64,000 bases of DNA from Octopus vulgaris (GCA_951406725.2 OX597835.1:24676001-24740000); one strand, 5' to 3'; numbered from the stretch's first letter, positions 32,705 through 47,242 are shown. Made by a program: numbers and translations. Notes: generated by a model not told the origin, from the letters alone.

Positions 32705-32930
32705 CCCCATTTTCAGGTCCTAATATTTATTAATTTGTCAAATTCTTTTACAGATATATTTCTATCAGTGGGAACACATATCTATTAGTCTACAAGTATT
32801 TTCTTCTCAATCTTTAATGACTATGTCAGGTCGATTTGCCTGGATAGCTCTGTCGGTGTTGACTGGAAAATCCCAGGGGATAGTGATGTTTACCATCGAC
32901 GACTGGCTCAGGATGATATTCATACAAGTA
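32705..32930 (-). mobile_element. R4/Dong RLE endonuclease fragment
   Basis: YEYHPEPVVDG, ITIPWDFPVNTDRAIQANRPDIVIKD*EENTCRLID. Confidence 0.85.
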
Positions 32931-32956
32931 AGCAGGAGTGCTGATTTTACACATTA

Positions 32957-32987
<31 letters not shown>

Positions 32988-33003
32988 AATTATTATTATT
33001 ATT

Positions 33004-33291
33004 GAGTGAGAGAGCAGTGCATGCCATCAAAGTGACACTGGGGTAAAATATACGAAGCCCAGTATACCCATCATGACTACCCGTCTGATAAAGGTACACT
33101 AGGCACGTGCATCACAACCGTATGTGCGCGACATAGTGATCTCATATCAAGATAAACAGCACATAACCTTGCAGGTGGGGACCAGTTAGAATTTTCTTCT
33201 GGTCGAGTAACCCATCCAGCTCAAAGGGTCCCTGAATAAGGGTTGTTTAAGGATGTTGAACGAAACACCCATGTTTCCAGAGGTGAATTAT

Positions 33292-33293
<2 letters not shown>
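33004..33293 (-). mobile_element. Truncated copy of element D in (AAT)n
   Basis: Matches 27935-28224. Confidence 0.85.
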
Positions 33294-33359
<66 letters not shown>

Positions 33360-33360
33360 T

Positions 33361-33620
33361 TATGTTTGAATTTTACAAGGTGGCTCCAAGTCTCACCCAG
33401 TGACCTCAAGAGTCAACAAGTTAGAAGTTCATATTAGTGTTATGCCTAGGGTGTCATATATTTGGTTTTGTACATAGTATTGTTCTAAAGAATGTTTAAG
33501 AAAACACAAGAAAATTATGAGTTTGTTTTAAAATTTGAGATTACATAGACAGTAATTTACGTATGGGTAGTTCCCTTGAGCACTACCTTTTGAATTTCTG
33601 CCATATTGGGGTTTCTTGGA
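33361..33620 (-). mobile_element. Second R4/Dong-family 3' end, ending in (AAT)n
   Basis: Minus strand PRNPNMAEIQKVVLKGTTH..RKLLSM*, with a different 3' UTR from 28761. Confidence 0.75.
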
Positions 33621-34299
33621 TCAACTTTGCTTTCATCCGAAGAGGGAAGAAAAAAGGGAGGAAGAGAGGAAAGGGAGAGGGAGGGAGAGAGAGAAAAACA
33701 GAGACAGACAGATAGACGGAATGACAAAGACAGAGGCAGTCAAAAATGAGAGTGAGAGGGAGAATGTCGTCAATGCCGCGTGATTAGAGGTTATAGTTGA
33801 CCACTGGCGATGGTCAGCGTGACCGAGAGATTTTTATCAGAGTGTCCTTGTCCTTGTACCATTTCTTTGGTAACCCGTTGTCACGGTGGTCGGAAGAGAG
33901 TCCATTTCAGAGCACAGTTTCGGACAGACGATAAACCTCCACTTTTGAAGCGTATTTTACCCCACATAACGCCGTCATCAAATATTGCAGTTAACACCCT
34001 CACCACCTTATGCTACTACCACCACTACCATCACGTAACACCATCAATATAATTCAGTCGTATACTACAACCTGAACCATCATAAATGTACTAGTACATG
34101 ATACTACACACACTGTCATCAACATCAACACCACCGTTATGCTATCACCGCTACCACTTTCACATACTACTAGCAATACTATATCCTCAAATATAACTCC
34201 GAACACCATCACTCATGACACTGCATATACTATAACCAATACACAGCCTTCAGTATCAAAACAATGTTCATACTATCACCGCTACGACTATCATATACT

Positions 34300-34327
34300 G
34301 CTGCATCTACTCCTACTCCTCCTCCTC

Positions 34328-34358
<31 letters not shown>

Positions 34359-35140
34359 AAAACTACTACAAAACTACTACAAAACTACACCATCACATAT
34401 TGTTACTAACACCATCACCCGTGACACTGCTTTTACTGAGACCAATACCAACATCAGCCGTATACTACAACATGAATAGCAATATCCACACCACCCTTGT
34501 ACTACATCCGCCACCACGACTACCATATACTAATACCAACACTACACCATTGAATACTACAACACAAACACCATCGCTCGTTTCTTATCATATCACCACT
34601 ACCTACACTGCTATAAAACCATCACCACCAACAACAACAACACCAAAACCACCACCATCGTTACCAATCTTACGAAATCCTACCACAAACAACTTCAGTA
34701 CCACCACTATACTACTACAACTACTACAACTACTATCTCCTCTACCACTGACACTATCACCACCACCACCACCAACAACAACAACAAAAACAACACTATC
34801 ACCATCACTACCACTACCACCACCACCCACTACCATTCTTACCATCACCACCACCACTACCTCGACAACTACAACTAACACTAACACTTCCACCACAACT
34901 ACCACTACAACAACCACCATCACAATCACCACCATCATCACTACCATCACTACTACTACCACCACCACCACCACCACCATGACTACCACCACTACCTCTA
35001 CAACTACAACTAACACTTCCACCATTACCACCACAACTATCACCATCATCACTACCATCACCACAGTCAATACTACTACCACCACCACCACCATGACTAC
35101 CACCACCACCACCACCACCATCACCACCGCCACTACCACC
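34300..35140. repeat. Degenerate ACC/ACT/ACA trinucleotide region
   Basis: Directly visible; includes an internal duplication about 34850-34960 / 34982-35095. Confidence 0.9.
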
Positions 35141-35288
35141 ACGATATCGTACTCACGTCTCCTCATTCTGAAGATACATCACTCCCTCTCCACCCATCCC
35201 TACATCACTTCCGTATATCTTAGATATAACATCTACACCCGCAGATACACTCACTCGCACACAATAACTCTCTCTCACTCCCCTCCCC

Positions 35289-35319
<31 letters not shown>

Positions 35320-35906
35320 TACATTTATATACACCTGTGTATATGCACACACATTTCTACAATAATTATATGTAATGCATATTTAGATAACTCCATGAGA
35401 TCATCCGCTTATGTTTATGTATTGCACATGTATTTGATTTACATGGGAGCATATAAGTATGTATATACATACAGATATATATATACGTGTGTATATATAT
35501 ATATGCATGTATGTATGTATGCATGTACATATATATATATGAACATTTTTATGTATGTGAGTATACAAACATTTTTATGAACATGTGTGCGTAATATAGC
35601 TGTGTGTTGTACGTGTATGTACGTACACATGTATAAATCAATGTATGCATGTATGCATGTATGTATGTATATGTATGTGTGTATGTGTGTATGTGTATGT
35701 ATGTATGTATGTATGTATGCATGCATGTATGTGTGTATATGTACAGCACGGTATTTGCTCGTTTTTCTACCTACCATGTCGTATCACTGAGTTCAGTTCA
35801 GTGATATCCGATCCACCGTATCAAAGATATATGTGTCTTTCTTGATAGGGGAACGTATGGGAGTTGCAAGTCTATCCGCACACATACATACATACATACA
35901 TACACA

Positions 35907-35940
<34 letters not shown>

Positions 35941-35956
35941 CAGACATATATATACG

Positions 35957-35992
<36 letters not shown>

Positions 35993-36297
35993 GATACGTA
36001 CATATATACGGATATATATATATATATGTAAATATATACATACACATATATTTATGCATATATATATATATATATATACATATATTTGCATGTATATATG
36101 TGTGTGTGTGTAAGTGGGTTTCTTAAGAGATAGTCGAAACTAAACCATTTATTTTAGATTATCTTAATATCTGTAACTTAAGGCAATCCTATACACACAC
36201 ACACACACACACACATAAATATATATGTGCTTATATTCTTTATACATACATATACAAATATACACGTATGTACGTCTATGAATATATATATATATAT

Positions 36298-36352
<55 letters not shown>

Positions 36353-36487
36353 TATACGTATATATATACAAACATAGGTATATATTAATGTATGTACGTA
36401 AGTACGCGTGTGTGTGTGTGTATGTGTGTAAGCATTCATTAAAATTAGTCTAACATCCAAATGCATTCATACGTACCCATTACACGA

Positions 36488-36528
<41 letters not shown>

Positions 36529-36933
36529 ACTCGGGTTTGTTGGTGGAGGAGGTGGATGGAATATATAAAAGATATTAAGTATCCCAAACGGGTATGTTCT
36601 TTAAATGGGTGTGTTATCCCACACCGATATATCTATATGTATGTATGTATGTACGTACGTATGTATATATGTAAGTATATACATTCACATGCTCCTTCAA
36701 TCTCAGGCATGTGTGCACTCCTTCATGCATAACCGTGTAAGCAATGTAGAATTGTGCGTATATATTGAAGTATATTGCTCTCCCCGACTCTCTCTCTCTC
36801 TACTTACACACACGTTACATATGTGTGTGTGTATGCAAATTGCATATATATGCAAATGTATATATATATATGCAAATTGTGCTACTAAGAAAAACAGAAT
36901 ACCTAATACATGTAGAGGATATGTACGTATGTA

Positions 36934-36981
<48 letters not shown>

Positions 36982-37123
36982 CTGTGTGTGTGTGTGTGTG
37001 TAATACTTAGGATTGATTCGTTCGACTAAAAACTCTTGAAAGCAGTGCTCCAGCATGGCCGCAGTCTAATAATTGAAACAAGTGAAAGAAGAGATAATGA
37101 AATATATATATATAGAGAGAGAG

Positions 37124-37166
<43 letters not shown>

Positions 37167-37519
37167 GACATAGTTGTGCAAACATGTATATATATATATA
37201 TATATGCGCACATCTGAGCATGTGGAGAAATGCTTCTCTCTGTTATGATATAAGCAGAAACTCTGAGGTAGAAAGTGTTTATGACATGAAGGAATAGATT
37301 CGGAATCGAAACTGTGTTATAAAGCCTGCACCTTCGTGTCACACCTGTGCATATGGATTGCTTCATACATACTTGGTGGAAGTTAACTCGTGGCAGAGTA
37401 TGACCACCACCTAAGAATGGTGAGTCCCTGCGAACCATTTTTTTCAAGAGTGCAAGAGGTTCTGTGAGTGAATTTGTTCTGAAAAGACAAAGCGATGCGC
37501 AGCACTGAACCCACTTTTC

Positions 37520-38100
37520 ATATATACATACGTACATACATACATACGTATGTACGTACGTTCATACATGCATACATACATACATACATACAAACATACA
37601 TAGATACGTAGATACATAAATACGTAGATACATAAATACGTAGATACATACGTACGTACGTTCATATATACATACATACGTACGTATGTACATACATATA
37701 TACCCACATACATACATGCTTACATACATACATACATACATGCGTACGCACGTACGTTCATACATACATATATACATACGCATTACGTACATGCATACAT
37801 AAATGCAAACATACATACGTACGTATGTACATACATACAAACCAACATACATACATACATACATACTTATATACATACTTACATGCGTACGCACGAACGT
37901 TCATACATGCATATATACATACATAAATGCAAACATACATACGTACGTATGTACATACATACATATATACATACATACGTGCGTACATACATAAATACAC
38001 ACGTACGTACACACATAAATACATACATACACGCATACATACATATATACATACATACGTATATATATATACATACATACATAAGTTCACACACACACAC
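37520..38100. repeat. CATA/CGTA compound satellite with local higher-order duplication
   Basis: catgcgtacgcacg...cataaatgcaaacatacatacgtacgtatgtac occurs twice. Confidence 0.9.
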
Positions 38101-38402
38101 AGCTACGACTTTCTACTTCAGTCAGTGTTTGTTTCACAGATATTTGTAAGACGAACATAAATCTCAATTCAACCGAGACACTGTGAGACTTGGGAAATAA
38201 AGGCACAGTTCAATCGACGAACCTCGATTCAGTTCTAGCGACTGAATTTCCGGTCACACGGTTTGGGAGAATTCGCTGTTGGCTTTAACACCTTAAGAAC
38301 CCCGTGGACGCTCTCTCAGTGGCTCATTAATTCAGAATCTTTAACTTCTGTTGAAACGGTCTCGAGAACTATCAAACATTTCAACTGTTAGTGTTTCATA
38401 CA

Positions 38403-38789
38403 TCTCTATATATATAAACGGCAAAATATGTGTGTGTGTGTGTGTGTGTGTGTCCCCTTTATACAAATCCACAATGTTTCAGTTAGAGGGCTCGCTTTCT
38501 ATGGTCATTCTATGGTCATTCAAAACCGTCCAAGGGTGGTCGTGCACATCTTTACATTTCCCCAGTCACCCCGCAAAGCCATTAATAAATCAATAGAAGT
38601 GACTTTTTTGTGAATTTTCTATTCAAAACCCAATCAAAATGCCCGAAACTTGATACGCCAATTGAGTGCCAGCTAGCTGTATGTGATTGGTCGGAGATTT
38701 GGACAGTACTCGAGTGTATGTACGCACGCACGCAGCTGTATATGCATGCACTAGAACTATGACCCTGCAACGCCCGGTCATAGTGCTAG
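38403..38789 (+). mobile_element. Non-autonomous Helitron
   Basis: A|TCTCTATATATATAAACGGCA start shared with 8957; 3' hairpin then CTAG|T. Confidence 0.9.
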
Positions 38790-39279
38790 TTCATCTTAAA
38801 TGCAAAACATACCTCCATGAGATTGTAAGCTGCTGCTTCAGATTCTTTACTTCCTCTCTCATTGTGCATCTCGCACACAGCATGTAACTATTTCTTTCTG
38901 GCTTTTTTTAAAAATCTCTTCTCAACTAAATCAATGCTTGTATATCATTCGCAAATTTGAGACAAAACTTTAAAAAAATAAAAACCTGACATATTTTCTC
39001 TTCCGTGAGGAGCTCGAGGTGCTAAAACATTTCACTCCCCATGGCACACTTCCCCAAACTCTTCCATTGGTTAATTTTGCTGAAACAAGCCAGCATCACT
39101 CTTCCCGAGTTTCACCTTATTATCAAAACAGAACAAATTACAGATAAATATACATACTCATACCCTTCTGTTTAGTCTCGATATGAACCGGGCCCACGAG
39201 AGGCTTTTCGGCAGACCATAGATACACACACACACACACGTATATATATATACATATATATATTTATATGCATACACAC

Positions 39280-39339
<60 letters not shown>

Positions 39340-39469
39340 CATGTATATATATATATGACATACGATATATATATATGATGATATATGTGTGTATGTACAT
39401 ACTCGGTTATAACCATGGTTTTCTTCAACCCTACCCCTGCATTTAACACCGAACTATAACCATATGCTG

Positions 39470-39523
<54 letters not shown>

Positions 39524-39557
39524 CATTATACATACATCCACACACGCATATTATATA

Positions 39558-40739
39558 TTTTTATATATATAAAACTGAGAATGTGTGTCTGTCTGTCTGT
39601 CTGTTTCCCTAAAACTTGAGAACTACACAACCAATTCCATTCAAATTTTACACATGCCTTACTTAGGGTCCATGTATTTTCATGGGGAAAAAAATGTTCA
39701 ACATCTTGCCTAGAGCGAGCCCATAGCAATATCATATCTTCTCCACTATTTCAGCATTACGTGTTAAAAGTGAAACAAAAACATTTCGTAACATAACAAA
39801 AGTAAAAATAGCAATTGGTATAAAATTGCATCAATGACTTGAAATTGAATAAGTGGTTTCACATTAATGGGAATAAATTAAAAATAAAATTAGTGTGCAG
39901 AAATGGAATAGTCCAGATGGATAATAAAAAATTAAATTAAAGAAAAGAATATTGTCTATAAAGTATACAATGTACAGAAAAAAGATTTGAACACCTGGAG
40001 GAAAGCACCTTCGAAAAGTGTCTTGGTGCGACTATGAAAGATATCTAACCAGAGGCGGTTAATTCGCCACAATATAAGCAAGGTTCGAGTCAACGGAGCG
40101 TACAAGGGAGTACTCGACTCGAACTTGCAAAGTGGAAATATTTTATTTTTACCTTTATATCTGGGACGTAGGACGTCCCGGATAAAAATTAAAAATGCTC
40201 CCCCACCCACCCAGAAGTAGAGGTAGGCTGGATTGTAGCCACACTTCTATACAAGAGGGAGGACAAGATACAATTTGTCGAAATTACAAGAGTTATATAT
40301 TTTGAGTATTGTTATCACTAGCGATATCAAGATATCAAGATATAACTTTGTATTTTGTATCTTATGTGTAGATGTATATAGAAGCCTGTCGTAAATATGT
40401 ATATATATATATATATATGTGTGTATGTGTGTGTGTTTGTGTGTCTGTGTTTGTCCCCCTAGAATTGCTTGACAATCGATGCTGGTGTGTTTACGTCCCC
40501 GTCACTTAGCGGTTCAGCAAAAGAGACTGATAGAATAAGTACTGGGCTTACAAAGAATAAGTCCCGGGGTTGATTTGCTCGACTAAAGGTGGTGCTCCAG
40601 CATGGTCGCAGTCAAATGACTGAAACAAGTAAAAGAGTAAAGAGTATATAGATGTACATGTAATATGTACACATATATATACACATATATATATATGCAC
40701 TAGCACTGTGACCCGGCAACGGCGGGTCTTTAATGCTAG
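39558..40739 (+). mobile_element. Non-autonomous Helitron with nested family A SINE (40381-40645)
   Basis: TATATATATAAAACTGAG...(tgtc)n start; end gacccggcaacggcgggtc...CTAG|T. That both ends belong to one element is inferred. Confidence 0.65.
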
Positions 40740-40762
40740 TATAATATAATATATTCACACAC

Positions 40763-40809
<47 letters not shown>

Positions 40810-41392
40810 CAAACGTACGTATTTATGTGTGTGCGTGCGCGTGTAAATTAATAGTTGAATTTGAATCGTAAGGTATCCGTTACAGCTTTTACAATGCCAT
40901 GCAATCTTATCCTTGCTGTGAAACACATTCAAAGTGCTTGCAGCACAGGTTTCATCTCACGTAAGCATAAAGAAGGATTGGCCTGATTTCTGCTCTGTGT
41001 GTGTGTGTGTGTGTGTGTGGATGTTTGTTGATGTCCGTGTTTGCGCGTATACGATTGTGTGCACGTATGTATATGCGCATATTTTGTGCATACGTATGCA
41101 TGTAAATTTATTGGAGGTTATTTCGTTTCCTTAATTTTGACACGAGAAAGTAATTTAAACGAAGACTATTTGAATTCGCACACCACGTGACCCTTTTAAC
41201 ACGATTTTCGGCCAATCGCGACAAACTATTAATATAGAACATTTGTTAATTTTGGCGCGTTAATCTTATGGCGTATTAGCAGTTTTGTGATTCGATTCGA
41301 GATAAGAAAATAAGTCGCGTATTTCAACATTTTGTCCGAGATCGCTGCAGTGCAGACCGACAATATGTCCGACTGCGAAAAGAGTAAAGACT

Positions 41393-41800
41393 GGATCCTT
41401 TCGGTTTGAACGGCAGTTTTTCTAGCGGTGCCATATGAAATTGTCACCCATAATTATGACCCTAGAATCGATCTATTGCATTTCAATCTCCTTTAGGGTT
41501 AGGGGTGGGGGAAGGGTATCTTTTTTTCTTCACAAATGTAAATAAACCCAATCTGTTTCTTAAACGAGGGACATATTCATACGGCACAGAATGCTTTTTA
41601 ACTCAATAGACTTCACTGATTGGTTGAAATTGCAGATATTGAAGAAAAAGACAACAAATATCTTACAAACTATAGAATTTTCTTAATAAAGCCAAGAGAA
41701 AAAGATGTTTCATAAACACATTCTACCAGTATACGAAGTTTAAAATATTTTAGTAACCTAGAAATTATGTTAAAAACTGCCGTTCAAACCGAAAAGATCC
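41393..41800. mobile_element. Merlin-like MITE with about 29-bp TIRs and 8-bp TSD
   Basis: TIR GGATC(C/T)TTTCGGTTTGAACGGCAGTTTTT; TSD TAAAGACT at 41385-41392 and 41801-41808. GG termini with 8-9 bp TSD fit Merlin/IS1016. Confidence 0.85.
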
Positions 41801-42139
41801 TAAAGACTTTCTCTTTTATACACGGTCCCTTTCACACACACGCACACACACATACAAACGCACGCACACTCATATACGTGCGTGTTCGCAGATACATGAA
41901 ATAACAGGCCCGTAAGCAGACCTGAACTAGAGAGGGTGTGTCGTTGATGGGGCTGCAAAAGGCAACGACGAAAGGATTTTGACGAACTTAACTGATTCAT
42001 TCACTGACCGAAAGATTAATGAAACAATCGATTAGTTAATTGGTTAAACAAATAAAAATTAAAGACGTGAAATACAATCAGTGCGTGTATATTATTGGTA
42101 TTATGACCCTCCCGAGAAGCAGCAAAACTTTACTAGTCG

Positions 42140-42336
42140 GTGCCCCAGTATGGCCGCATTCTAATAAATGAAACAAGTAAAAGATAAAAGATATATTACA
42201 TATATAACATTCGCCGAGGTCGACTTTGCTTTTCATCCTTTCGGGGTTGATAAATTAAGTACCAGTTGCATACTGGAGTCGATCTAATCAACTGGCCCCC
42301 TCTCCAAAACTTTCGGGTCATGTACCTAGCGTAGAA
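42140..42336 (+). mobile_element. Family A tail fragment followed by family B core and tail2
   Basis: gtgccccagtatggccgca...; gccgaggtcgactttgcttttcatcctttcgggg. Confidence 0.8.
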
Positions 42337-42397
42337 AAAAATTATATATATACATATAAACATACATACACACATACGTACATACATACATACATAC

Positions 42398-42455
<58 letters not shown>

Positions 42456-42480
42456 ATACATACATATGTATGTACGTATG

Positions 42481-42548
<68 letters not shown>

Positions 42549-42730
42549 TGTATCCATTGTCTCCGTCTGGTACCAACACAAACTGCCCCACTTTCTCGAA
42601 GACGTCTTCGACTGTTGCCTTTTAATTCTTACACCATTTACCACATTACCACATGTTTTGGCTGTCATTGTCTCTTACTGTTCTTTTCCATTCCCGCCAC
42701 TATTCTTTCCACAACCAATTCCATTGTTGC

Positions 42731-42763
<33 letters not shown>

Positions 42764-43329
42764 TGTTGTTGTTGTTGTTGTTATAGCTTTCCTTCTTCTT
42801 GTTGTTGTTCTTGGTGTACTTGTTGCCACTTCTGGTCCTATTGCCGTTGTCACAGTTGCAAATGTTCTTATGTGTCACACATTATTGTCAACGATAACGC
42901 AATGACAAAACATTATTTAATTCACTTGCCTCAGTGTTCTAGATGTTTGGTTGTTGCTGTTGTTACTGTTGTTGTTGTTGTTGTTGTTGCCGTCGTCGGT
43001 GACGTTCATAGGGTGTTTTCCGTGGTGGTTGTCATAAAGGGGTTGTCATAAAGGGGTTGTCATAAAGGTGGCGGCGGTCATGAGAGAAAAAGTTTCAGTT
43101 CTTTTTTTCAATTTCTAATTTATATTAATTTTAGCAATTGTTTTACTATTGTATTTATTATTGTTGTTGTTGTGGTGTTAATTTTGTTGATGTAAGGCAT
43201 TTACTGTAAGTATAATATATAGCGCACCACACGGATGTATATATATATATATTAATAAATAAAACATATGCATATATATATATACATATATGTACGTACC
43301 TACCTCTACATGTATATATACACGCATAT

Positions 43330-43815
43330 ATGAGTACAGGACACCAAAAACGTCGAACACAATGAGAAACGAAAACATACACACAAACCCAAGGAACTGG
43401 ACATTTTTCTTAAACAACAACAAAAAAATAGAGTACAGGACAAATAACACAAGGAAAAAACCCCTTCTTCAGTCGCCATGGTTTCATCTACTCTACGTTT
43501 CGAAGGTGAAGGCGAGACGTATCTTCGATAGAAACTTTCCTTCCTGCGAAAAGCAAATCAAATAAAATTTGAGATCTTTTTGCAGAGGGGTAAAAATGGT
43601 AACAAAAACAGGACAGTAACGACAGTACAAAATATAAGCAGTAAAAGACAGGACAAGGAAAATAACAAGACAAGAAGGGCTGTTAACGCCGAACGGAAAA
43701 AAGTATTACGAACGCTATTCCTGTGGACGGCGAAGGGGGCAAAGAAAATTGCCGTCCACACCTCAAGAAGGTCAGGCGAGAAAGAAGGTGGCAAGGCTCT
43801 CGTCGCGGGTTAACG
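43330..43815 (-). mobile_element. (TA)n-anchored repeat, probably Penelope-type, homologous to 51712-52080
   Basis: Shared atg(a/g)gtacaggaca, gcaaat.aaataaaatttg and ggtaacaaaaacaggacagtaa; GAAAC...CTGANGA motif. Confidence 0.65.
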
Positions 43816-44101
43816 GCGGGAAGGAGGAGGAGGAGTAAGAGAAAGGGAGATATATGTATGTGTGTGTGTGTGTGTGTGTGTATGTATATATATATATATA
43901 GCAATATGTAGATATACATATATGTGTATGTGTGTCTGTGTTTGCACGTATGCTTCTATGTATGTTTTAATGTATTTTGTGTATGTATATATCTATGCAT
44001 GGTGCATGTACGTTTGTATGTATGCATGTATGTATGTATATATATATATATGTTTACATGCATGTTTGTATATATATTTGTGCAATTGCTTATATATATA
44101 T

Positions 44102-44342
44102 GAGTCGATTACATCGCACCCAGCCTTCAATTGGTACTTTTTCATCGATACCGAAAGGACGAAAGGCAAAGTCGACCCAGGAAGATGGATGAAAGACAAA
44201 GTGGGCCTTGGAGGCATTTGAACACCGGAAGGATGAAAGGCAACGTCAACTCTGCGCAATTTGAACTCAGAACGTAAAGGCAGACAAAATATCGGTAGCC
44301 ATTTTTGCCCGGTGCCTTAACAATTCTGCCATTTCGCCGGCT
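44102..44342 (-). mobile_element. Family B SINE with triplicated core segment
   Basis: gga(c/t)gaaag(g/a)caa occurs three times. Confidence 0.75.
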
Positions 44343-45223
44343 TAGCCTATTGAATTACATTTTTCTTTTTCAATGGAAATCTTATATGAGAATTTAAGTT
44401 TATAGTAGAAACGTACGGAAATAAATTTAGATAGAGCAAAATGTTAAACGCACAGATAATGTTTTTAAGATGTGAGATTAAAAACTGTGGCCTTATCTTT
44501 ACTGCTTGGCAGTCTGATTTCATTCATTCAAATGTCTAGTTACTTCTTTAATTATTTATTTATTTTTGTTGAAGAAATCTGTTTTTTTTTCCTTCTGTTT
44601 TTCAACTACTTTCAACTTACCCAAATTCTTTTTTTCCTTCAGCCATAGTATATTTAGAAGCACACTATCTAATGAAGACGCATATGTAAACGGCTGAGAA
44701 GCGTTCGATGCATGATAACGGTTTCAAATTTTGGCACAAGGCCAGCAGTGCTGGTACTTATTTTTATTGATCCCGAAAGGATGAAAGGCAAAGTCGACCC
44801 CGGTGGAATTTGAATTCAGAACGTGTGCTAAGGATTCTGTCTGCTCGCTGCTTTTGTTCAACGTATGATAATAAAAGGTTCTGTGTTCGATTCTTGGACA
44901 GAGAAATGCGTTGTGTCTTTCAACAACGTACTTCATTAGATGTTGAGTACAAACCGAATGCTTATGCACACCGCCTTCCTCCCTCTCTCTCTCTCTCTCA
45001 TTTACTCACCCCCTTGTCTCTCTCACTCACTCACTCACTCTCTCCCCAATCTCTTTCACTATATCTCTCTCTTTCTGTACCTCTCACTCACTCTCTCCCT
45101 TGTCTTTCTTACTCTCTCCCTTGCTTCTCTCACCCTCTCTCTCTCTCTCTCACTTACTCTCTGTTCACTCCCCCTCTCTCTCCAGCTGTTTGATCATCGA
45201 TGTTCAGTTGTAATCTTTTTTTA

Positions 45224-45994
45224 CCACGAGAGTTCCGGACTCCTGTAATGAACTAATTTGCATACAGCCAATCAGAGCTCACCTTGACCTTGTCAAGTTA
45301 ACAAACACACTCTACCAAGTAAACTCAAGACGAATATTGGTGCTGTAAGTCGACCGAGCGCCAAGTTAAGCCTGATTTTAGAAGGAGACAAGTTATTAGA
45401 TGGATCTGCATCTATACCTATTTCTTTACTACCCACAAGGGGCTAAACACAGAGAGGACAAACAAGGACAGACAAACGGATTAAGTCGATTATATCGACC
45501 CCAGTGCGTAACTGGTACTTATTTAACCGACCCCGAAAGGATGAAAGGCAAAGTCAACCTCGGCGGAATTTGAATTCAGAACGTAGCGGCAGACGAAATA
45601 CCGCCAAGCATTTCGCCCGGCGTGCTAACGATTCTGCCAGCTCGCCGCCTATTATCTATAATATCTATACCTATTATCGGATTTTGTTAGGGCCCCGTAT
45701 GGTAAAGATGTGGATGGGGAAAATGTGGGTAGAGGGTGATGTGCTAGCAACCCTCGCCCCTTACTGTTTTAGAAAGTAAAAAACAACACAAATAACTACG
45801 CAGAGGCAGCCATAGTTGAAAGAAGAACAAGAGCAACAAGCATTATCAAAAGAGAAAAAACATGGTCATTCCTTACCGAAGTAAACTTATCTTATCGCCC
45901 TTCACTTGTTATGCCCTCATAAATTAGTTTGATAGTTAAGCTCTGATTGACTGTATGCAAATGAGTTCATAACTGTGGTCCGGAACTCTCGTGG
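45224..45994. mobile_element. MITE/foldback element with about 56-bp TIRs, containing a family B SINE
   Basis: CCACGAGAGTTCCGGAC...ATTTGCATACAGCCAATCAGAGCT is inverted at 45939-45994. Confidence 0.8.
45414..45650 (-). mobile_element. Monomeric family B SINE (tail1)
   Basis: Intact head, core and tail; flanking repeat ATCTATACCTATT at 45410-45422 and 45663-45675. Confidence 0.93.
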
Positions 45995-47057
45995 GAAAAA
46001 AATTTCGCGCCCGTGGCTATGGGCAGAAGATACTTACTCAAGGTGCTGTTGCACAGTGAGACTGAATCCCGAAGCCGGCAAAGCCAAGCTAACTTCTGCA
46101 CTTATATAGATGTTCCTTTGCTGAGCCGTGTGTATAAGAATGTATAAGTACTGTGATGTGGGAACATTGATACGAGAGTGTCTGCGGTAAAAATAAACGA
46201 TTTAGATTCGTAATAATGAACTGACGAAAAATGTGTTGCATGTTATCATCATATGTCAAGGAAAGATGTCGAGACGTATTGCGGAACAAATGTGAAAGAA
46301 AAGAGAAATGATTGAAAGAAATAATACGAAACCAGACAAGCAGAAATGCAGACGACAAATCAGCTTCCGGTTTTTTCACAGCAGACATATTGTCCCTCTC
46401 TCTTTTTCCATATGTATGTGTGTATGCATGTATGAATGTATGCATGTATGTATATACACATATATATACGTATATATATATACACACACATATATATATG
46501 TATAAATACATATGTATATATATGGATGTCTTATGTATATATATATATATACACATATATATATACGTATATTGACATATATATATATATATATATATAT
46601 GTACATATAGACACATATATTTATATATACATATATATGTATATATATATACACACACATATATATATATATATGTATCTATATTGTATACATAAATGTA
46701 TATATAATACATACACACAATTCCTCTTTCTGTAGCTATCTCTCTATCACTTCTCTCTGTCTGTCAGTCTCTCATTCCTTCTCTCTCTCTCTCACCTACA
46801 CACACAATGTTACACACATACAAATTCACAAACCGACAATAATACCTTAATACTTCCTTCGGCAAATTTCGCATTTCACAGCCGCCTCACAAATATTTAT
46901 ATGTCACCCGAGGTTGCCAGCTTGCATGCCTCAATCATTTATCAAGGAATCACCATCTTAGCCCAGCTTCTTGTATATCAATCATTCAATTTCCGACCCC
47001 CACACCCTGCTCAGCTGGCATATTTCACATTGTGTAGCAGAATACCTCCAAAACCTT

Positions 47058-47089
<32 letters not shown>

Positions 47090-47211
47090 CTCACAAACGC
47101 AAACACAAGCACACATTCAGACACACTCAAAATTATCTGTCTATCTAGCAAGCTATCTATCTGTCTCTCTCCTGTGCCATCTCTCTCCTGTGCCATATAT
47201 ACATACATACA

Positions 47212-47242
<31 letters not shown>

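Noticed and set aside
34139-35365. 408-aa Thr/Pro-rich mucin-like ORF
   Set aside because: Degenerate trinucleotide repeat running into (CT)/(CA) tracts; no domain or splice support.
37215-37520. Unique stretch with a G|GTGAGT donor
   Set aside because: All three plus frames have stops shortly upstream; no protein similarity seen.
42586-42606. 16-bp perfect palindrome TCGAAGACGTCTTCGA
   Set aside because: Single occurrence with no supporting context.
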